A stretch of 64,000 nt of DNA from NCBI GenBank assembly GCA_048885525.1, contig JBHLLP010000012.1:5721-69720 (forward strand), read 5' to 3'. The notes below the pieces were generated by a model that saw only the letters and a list, made by a program, of their open reading frames with translations, was not told the DNA's origin and made no database searches. The position numbers and the translations under genes were made by a program. Origin of the DNA: Candidatus Hermodarchaeota archaeon. Its GTDB lineage: Archaea; Asgardarchaeota; Lokiarchaeia; Sigyniarchaeales; SOKP01. Below are positions 58,368 to 64,000 of the stretch, one piece after another; the stretch's first letter is position 1; each line of letters opens with the position of its first letter.

Positions 58368-59246
58368 TCATTTTTTATAAAAATAGCTAAGGATCTTATC
58401 CATATTACTTTCAATGTTAAACTTTTTTTGAAAATACGTACATATATTCTCAAGATCCCTCTCCAAAAGTAAATTAGCATTAGGATGGTCAGTTGGAACC
58501 CATTGCAGCCAATCAATTATTAAAATATTGCCTTTCTCATCCAAAACAACATTGAATTCACCCAAATCACCATGAATCATTTTTGCTTTTTTATAGATTA
58601 TTCTGTATTGTTTTATAATTCTATTGAAAATTTTGATAGGATTTTTAATACTTTTATAATAAACCAATTCTTTTCCTCTTAGATATGACATTACAATAAT
58701 ATGTCTATTATAGGCTATTGGTTTTGGAGTGTTAAGTTTGAGTATATAGATTTTTTCAAGAGCTTCATATTCTTTTTTGGCAGCAAGCCTATTTACATAA
58801 AGCCAAGAAAGATGTGATCTCTCTCCAATAATGTCTCTAAGTTGTTTGATGCTTTTAAAACTTGTTCTTCCAATTCGATAAAATTTAGCAGCATAAATGT
58901 TTTCATCATCATCCATACAACTATAAACATCTGATTCTTTGCCTTTACCTATTAAAGGCCCTAATTGACTAATGACATTTTTTTCGACTAGGGTATGTAA
59001 AGCAAGCAAATCATATGCCTTAGAATTAAGAGTATAAGCAATTTCATACTTAGAGGCATCTCTAATTATTAGCCCGAGCTTATGAACTTTTTTCAACCGA
59101 AAAAGAGTCTCTTCCATCTTATATCTTGAATAAAATTTTATATTGTTGACTGTAACATACTCGGATCTTTTCATTCCAATTTCAATTGCCATAAGTATTC
59201 TTAGATCTTCCTTTTCCAATTCAGTAAGAAGATTTGCTACTTCCAC
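58368..59246 (-). CDS. rio2: RIO2-type serine kinase (N-terminal winged helix + RIO domain)
   Basis: 292 aa, GTG start. wHTH LRILMAIEIGMKRSEYV, IGKGKESDVY, HGDLGEFNV, IIDWLQ. Confidence 0.85.
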   Translation of the reverse strand: MEVANLLTELEKEDLRILMAIEIGMKRSEYVTVNNIKFYSRYKMEETLFRLKKVHKLGLIIRDASKYEIAYTLNSKAYDLLALHTLVEKNVISQLGPLIGKGKESDVYSCMDDDENIYAAKFYRIGRTSFKSIKQLRDIIGERSHLSWLYVNRLAAKKEYEALEKIYILKLNTPKPIAYNRHIIVMSYLRGKELVYYKSIKNPIKIFNRIIKQYRIIYKKAKMIHGDLGEFNVVLDEKGNILIIDWLQWVPTDHPNANLLLERDLENICTYFQKKFNIESNMDKILSYFYKK

Positions 59247-59258
59247 ACTTTTTTCAGC

Positions 59259-60041
59259 TTAAAATATGAATTTACGATATGTTTTGAAAAAAGATATTAA
59301 TTTATATATATTTGGTATTTCAAAAATCAGAATTGCAGTTAAAACTAAAAGCAAAAAGACTGAGATATCTTTCTGTAATATTAAATAATTAGTTAAAGTC
59401 CAACCTTCTTGAAATAAAAATAAAAAAATACCTTGGTTTAGATATATAAATAATCCAACTGAGATAATGAGACTAATTAATGAGAAAATTATAACTTGAT
59501 GTTCATTTTCAATAAATCCAATTATAATGTTAATGATAAATAAGATTATTGTAATTAATGTAATAATTTTTGAAAGATTAATCCAATTCGTGTAAATTAT
59601 ACTACTCACCTGATAAGTTCCATTTGAAATTGGCCAAAATAATGATGTACTTAAATTTATAAAAGACAAAATTGGTAAAACTACCCCAATGATTATTGAA
59701 ATACTATAAATCCGTATTGTTGTAAATTTGTTGAATTTCAATATATTCTCCTTTCCCAATTTTGTAGATTCTAACAGATAATTAAGTTTGTTTTGAATCT
59801 CAATTGGAAAATTCTTTTTTACCATGACAATTTGGATGCTTATTTCAGGAAATTTCGAAACTAATTCGTTAATTTGGCTATATGCTTTCCTAAATTTTGT
59901 TTTCTTACTTTTAGGACCGTTCCAAAGATAAATAATTTCCTTTTCTTCATCCAATACGGCACAAATATCGTGTGATAGTAGTTGATGTTCTACTTCTATC
60001 CAAAAAGATTTAGAATCATCAAATATAAAAGTTCTCAGCAT
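59259..60041 (-). CDS. Membrane protein: N-terminal gelsolin-like domain candidate fused to about 5 TM helices
   Basis: 260 aa. FWIEVEHQLLSHDICAVLDEEKEIIYLWNGPKSKKTKFRKAYSQINELVSKF compares with gelsolin G1 IWRVE...GDAYVIL...[26 protein letters not shown], as I recall it. Hydrophobic helices run from about residue 110 to 250. Confidence 0.4.
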   Translation of the reverse strand: MLRTFIFDDSKSFWIEVEHQLLSHDICAVLDEEKEIIYLWNGPKSKKTKFRKAYSQINELVSKFPEISIQIVMVKKNFPIEIQNKLNYLLESTKLGKENILKFNKFTTIRIYSISIIIGVVLPILSFINLSTSLFWPISNGTYQVSSIIYTNWINLSKIITLITIILFIINIIIGFIENEHQVIIFSLISLIISVGLFIYLNQGIFLFLFQEGWTLTNYLILQKDISVFLLLVLTAILIFEIPNIYKLISFFKTYRKFIF

Positions 60042-60155
60042 TTATAGTCTACTTAACTTAACTAAAATTAGCTTTTATTTTTTTCGATGACATATTAACG
60101 CTCAAAAAGAGAAAAAAAAATTATAAATTTTACTCATCCTTTGAGATTAGTAGAA

Positions 60156-61055
60156 TTACTTAGTTTCAAGTCTGTTTTTTATTTCTTTCCATATGTTATC
60201 GATATACTCTTCATAAATTTGCACCGTCTTTTCATCAATGGATTTAAATCGTTTTTGAGCTTTTAAATATTCTGTTATTGGTTTTCGTTTTAATTTATCT
60301 AAATATCTTTTACTAGGTTTCGAAATTTCAAATTTTCCATTAATAACCTCATAAAGAGGCCAAAAACCTGTTTCGGTAGCCAATCTACCAATTAAAATTG
60401 TATCCTTTGGTTCATATCCCCATCCAGGAGGGCAAGGGGATAATATATGAAAATATTTTGGTCCAAATATATTCTTGGCTCTTTTGAATTTTTCAAATAA
60501 ATCAAGAGGATAAGCAGCATTAGCCGTAGCTACGTATGGGATACCATGTGCTTCTAGTATCTTAGGCATATTTTTTTTATGGACATCCTTTCCCTCTGGA
60601 GTTGTTGTTGTTTTAACGCCTAGGGGGGTTGAACCACTTCTTTGGACACCCGTATTCATATAAGCTTCATTATCATAACACGCATATATGAAATTAGTTC
60701 CCCTTTCTGCAGCACCACTTAAAGCCTGCAATCCTATATCAGTTGTTCCTCCATCACCGGCAAACGCAAGAACTGTAATTTCATCTGCTAAACCTTTATC
60801 TTCTAATGAAGCCAAGATACCAGATGCTGAAGCCCCAGTTGTTGCAAAAGGAGTGTGATAAACTGATATTTTTGTTGAACAGAATCCCTGCATACCATGT
60901 AATACTGTTAAACAAGAAGCGGGTACGGTTACTAATGTCTTATTTCCTAGCGCTTTTAGAGCAATTCTATAAATTAATGCCATACCACATCCCGCACATG
61001 CACGAGTGCCAGGATAAATAAATTCCTCTTCAGGGAGATCCATTACATTTACCAT
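60156..61055 (-). CDS. porB: Pyruvate/2-oxoacid:ferredoxin oxidoreductase beta subunit
   Basis: 299 aa. CAGCG, TPP-binding GDGGTTDIG, YDNEAYMNTG. Confidence 0.85.
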   Translation of the reverse strand: MVNVMDLPEEEFIYPGTRACAGCGMALIYRIALKALGNKTLVTVPASCLTVLHGMQGFCSTKISVYHTPFATTGASASGILASLEDKGLADEITVLAFAGDGGTTDIGLQALSGAAERGTNFIYACYDNEAYMNTGVQRSGSTPLGVKTTTTPEGKDVHKKNMPKILEAHGIPYVATANAAYPLDLFEKFKRAKNIFGPKYFHILSPCPPGWGYEPKDTILIGRLATETGFWPLYEVINGKFEISKPSKRYLDKLKRKPITEYLKAQKRFKSIDEKTVQIYEEYIDNIWKEIKNRLETK

Positions 61056-61061
61056 TCTTTT

Positions 61062-62354
61062 TTACCCCCTTTTAAAGTAAGTTGATTCATCATAATCACT
61101 TAATTCATCTAATCTTAAACCCAAAAATTCAGTCTTATTAGTAAATATTCCTTGTTTAAATTCATTCAAAGCTTTATGGATACCAGTAATGATATGCTCT
61201 GTTTTTACATCTCTACCGCCTAATCCAACAATAAAACCCTTTATATTTGGTCTATTTTTTAATCCATAAAGCGCAGCTTTTAATTCATAAGAGAGAACTC
61301 CTTCATATCCATATCCAATATCCCTATCAAAAACTATAATATTTTCTTTATCTTTGAAAAATTCTCTTAATTCCTCTACTGGAAATGGTCTAAATAATCT
61401 GAGACTTATTAACCCAACTTTTAGCCCTTCAGACCTAAGAATTTTAATAGCTACTCTTGATTGAGAAGCTACTGAACCCATTGCAAAAATAATTATATTT
61501 GCATCATCTGTTTGAATTAATTTAAATACTCCATTTCCATAGGATCGACCGAATTTTTCTGCAAATTCATCATGAACCTCTTTAATTATATCGATTGAAC
61601 TTTCTAAAGATCTTTGAAGGGCATATCTATATTCATAATAACCCGGAGCTGTTCCTTCTTCTCGCTTTACGATGTGAGGAGTAGTTACTGGATCAACACC
61701 TTTTACCTGTGAAATGTCTGATAAATTAATATGGTGTTTAAGAGGTGGTAAAAAATCATCAATCATCTCCTGGCTTTCTAATTCGACTGGTTGGGCAGTA
61801 TGTGAGATTATATACCCATCATATCCGCATACAACTGGTAAAAATAAACGAGGATCTTCAGCGATTTTAAATGCTTGAAGATTAGTATCATAAACTTCTT
61901 GGTTATTTTCACACATAAATTGTATCCATCCTACATCCCGAATAGTTATGAAATCTTGATGATCTGTCCAAACACTCCAAGGTGCTCCAAGACTTCTTGT
62001 TGCTAAATTAAGTACAATAGGTAATCTATTCCCTGATGCCCAAGGTAACATTTCGTACATCAGCTCTAGACCATGGGCAGATGTTGCTGTAGCGACTCTG
62101 GATCCTGTTGCAGATGCAGCACATAAAACAGCCATCGCACTATGTTCAGATTCAACTTTTACGAATCTTGCTTTTAATTTTCCTTCAGAAATGAACTCCG
62201 CAATTTTTTCAACAACAGGACTTTGAGGAGTTATAGGATAAGCAGAAACAACACCAACCCTAGATTGACGAATTGCATGTGCAGCAGCATGATTTCCCGT
62301 CAAAATCATTACATTTTTATTAATTTTAAGTTTATCTTCATCACTCACAATCAT
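61062..62354 (-). CDS. porA: Pyruvate/2-oxoacid:ferredoxin oxidoreductase alpha subunit
   Basis: 430 aa. GNHAAAHA, AYPITPQS, ESEHSA. 4-nt overlap with porD. Confidence 0.85.
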   Translation of the reverse strand: MIVSDEDKLKINKNVMILTGNHAAAHAIRQSRVGVVSAYPITPQSPVVEKIAEFISEGKLKARFVKVESEHSAMAVLCAASATGSRVATATSAHGLELMYEMLPWASGNRLPIVLNLATRSLGAPWSVWTDHQDFITIRDVGWIQFMCENNQEVYDTNLQAFKIAEDPRLFLPVVCGYDGYIISHTAQPVELESQEMIDDFLPPLKHHINLSDISQVKGVDPVTTPHIVKREEGTAPGYYEYRYALQRSLESSIDIIKEVHDEFAEKFGRSYGNGVFKLIQTDDANIIIFAMGSVASQSRVAIKILRSEGLKVGLISLRLFRPFPVEELREFFKDKENIIVFDRDIGYGYEGVLSYELKAALYGLKNRPNIKGFIVGLGGRDVKTEHIITGIHKALNEFKQGIFTNKTEFLGLRLDELSDYDESTYFKRG

Positions 62355-62650
62355 TCCAATTTCACCTCTTTCATTGTTATAGCTTTAACTGGACATTCTT
62401 CCATACAAATTCCACACCCTTTACAATGTTCTAGATCAATCTGAGGTGGGATTGTTCTGGTAATTACAGCCTCGGGACAATAAAGCCAGCAATTAAAACA
62501 GCTATGCTTTCCGGACTTAACTGGAATGCATTTATTTAAATCAATAATCGGTTTATTTGAACTCCAAGTTCCAGTTTTACCAGCTTCACCAATTACTGGT
62601 TTTTGAACTGAACCTAATATTTTTTGATAATCTTTTTTCGAGTTAGTCAT
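62351..62650 (-). CDS. porD: Pyruvate/2-oxoacid:ferredoxin oxidoreductase delta subunit (2x[4Fe-4S])
   Basis: 99 aa. CFNCWLYCP and CKGCGICMEECP. Confidence 0.8.
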   Translation of the reverse strand: MTNSKKDYQKILGSVQKPVIGEAGKTGTWSSNKPIIDLNKCIPVKSGKHSCFNCWLYCPEAVITRTIPPQIDLEHCKGCGICMEECPVKAITMKEVKLE

Positions 62651-62961
62651 CTATTCATCAAAAATAGTTATAAATCAGATTCTGTATGAAATCAAACGTA
62701 GATAAGTTTTTAATTCTTATCATTTACAATAATAAAAGTTTGAGGCAAATTTCGGTTAGTTCATTAACAACTTTATTAAATTTATCAAGTTAAGTAAAGA
62801 GTATTAAATGAAAGGTATTACTTGTTTTTAAATAAAAAATAAATAGTTGATATTTCATTAACCTCATAAAAAGTAGTTAAATATTTTAGTATTATTAGAT
62901 TAATTTCTGAATTTATTTGGTTTTTGAGAATTTTTAATGTAACAGTAGGTTAAGGGAAAAG

Positions 62962-64000
62962 GTGGAATTTTCTAAAGATAAATTTTTACAGATAATTGAG
63001 AGCATTAAAGAATGTTACTTTGAAGTTGATTTAAAAGGAAATTTAATTTTCTTTAATGAATCAATGTGTAAACTAACGGGATTTTCAAGACAGGAACTTC
63101 AAGGATTAAATTATAAATATCTAACTGATGAATTTAATAGAAAAAAAATATTTAAGGGATTTAATGCCGTTTTCAGAACAACTGAATCATTAACTGATTT
63201 TGAATATCAATTTAGGAAAAAAAATGGAGAGAAAATTATTGGTGAAACTTCTGTATATTTAAAATGTGATTCCAATGGAAATAAAATCGGATTTTATGGG
63301 ATATTTCGAGACATTACCAAAAGAAAAGAAAGGGAAGAACAATTTAGACAAGAATTGGAACAATTAGTAAATCAAAGGACTCAGGAGTTAAGAGTGTCTG
63401 AAGAAAAATACAGTAATTTATTCCATCATTCAAATGATGCGATTATTCTTCATGATTTAGATGGTAATATTATAGACATTAATCAAAGAGCTTTAGAACA
63501 ATTTGGATATACAAGATCAGAGATATTAAAATTAAAAATTCCTCAACTTCATCCAATAAGCGAACTGGGGGCATCTAAAAAAGCTTTTGAAGAAATTTCG
63601 AAAAAAGGTGTAATTAAGTTTGAAATAAGTTTTAAAAAAAAAAATGGAAAAATTTTTCTTGCTGAAGTCTCATCAAGTTTATTTTATATGGGAGGAGAGC
63701 AAGTTATCCAAGGAAATATTCGTGATATTACAGTTCGAGTTCTAACCGAAAAAATGCTCAAAGAATCAGAAGAGAAATATAGAAACATGATAAACCATTT
63801 GGATTTAGGCTTTTATCAACTGAAATGGGATGGTATTTTATTAAATCATAATCCTCGATTTTGTGAGATATTAGGATATAATCCATCTGAAAATTTAAAA
63901 AACAGAGATGTACATGACTTTTGGCAAAGACCTGAAGAAAGATTAACATATTTAAAAGAACTAAAAGAAAATGGTTTCGTTAAGAATTACTTAGTTCACG
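62962..64000 (+). CDS. Multi-PAS-domain sensor protein (partial; 3' end beyond window end)
   Basis: Missing from the ORF track because it has no stop. Hand translation from GTG 62962 is open to 64000. There are three PAS-like repeats: FLQIIESIKECYFEVDLKGNLIFFNESMCKLTGFSRQEL, EEKYSNLFHHSNDAIILHDLDGNIIDINQRALEQFGYTRSEIL, and EEKYRNMINHLDLGFYQLKWDGILLNHNPRFCEILGYNPSE. Confidence 0.75.
   Translation, partial: MEFSKDKFLQIIESIKECYFEVDLKGNLIFFNESMCKLTGFSRQELQGLNYKYLTDEFNRKKIFKGFNAVFRTTESLTDFEYQFRKKNGEKIIGETSVYLKCDSNGNKIGFYGIFRDITKRKEREEQFRQELEQLVNQRTQELRVSEEKYSNLFHHSNDAIILHDLDGNIIDINQRALEQFGYTRSEILKLKIPQLHPISELGASKKAFEEISKKGVIKFEISFKKKNGKIFLAEVSSSLFYMGGEQVIQGNIRDITVRVLTEKMLKESEEKYRNMINHLDLGFYQLKWDGILLNHNPRFCEILGYNPSENLKNRDVHDFWQRPEERLTYLKELKENGFVKNYLVH

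Noticed and set aside
1-64000. Search for CRISPR arrays, IS elements/transposases, integrases, prophage genes, and rRNA/tRNA genes
   Set aside because: There are no regularly spaced direct repeats and no DDE or tyrosine-recombinase motifs in any ORF. No terminal inverted repeats flank gene blocks, and no GC-rich structured-RNA-like islands appear in spacers. Detection by eye is limited, so a tRNAscan/Infernal/minced run would be the proper check.

Overview
AT-rich (about 30% GC by eye, not computed), densely coding archaeal chromosomal segment with about 66 protein genes. I found no rRNA, tRNA, CRISPR array, transposase or integrase. Archaeal identity rests on a thermosome, RNA polymerase subunit D (Rpo3) followed by L18e-L13-S9, an Sm-like protein, RIO2 kinase, archaeal/eukaryotic-type TrpRS, TrmI and a Clp1-like kinase. 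Metabolic content includes an acetogen-style hdrA(mvhD)-hdrC-hdrB-metV-metF cluster, an HdrD-like protein, GTP-PEPCK, SHMT, homocysteine methyltransferase, aroA/aroC and porDAB. The most unusual aspect is the density of eukaryote-like signature candidates. These are a Rag/Gtr-type GTPase with a C-terminal roadblock domain, an MglA-type GTPase, a third small GTPase whose P-loop lies outside any canonical-start ORF, and a degenerate pseudo-GTPase with a Cys-rich C-terminal domain. There is also a polytopic membrane protein ending in a roadblock-like domain (it runs off the window and is missing from the ORF track), a candidate gelsolin-like domain fused to a multi-pass membrane region, and a PPP phosphatase. 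This pattern fits an Asgard (Loki/Promethearchaeia-like) archaeon, but that is inference only. The best candidate for an undescribed system is a tightly coupled pair at 49966-52570: an apparently circularly permuted ATP-grasp ligase plus an M14-like carboxypeptidase homolog with an altered zinc site. Other points are two diverged paralogous surface Ntn-hydrolase-like genes duplicated together with their promoters, an orphan N6-adenine methyltransferase, and operator-like palindromes next to MarR- and ArsR-type regulators. All family calls come from motif reading by eye; no searches were run.
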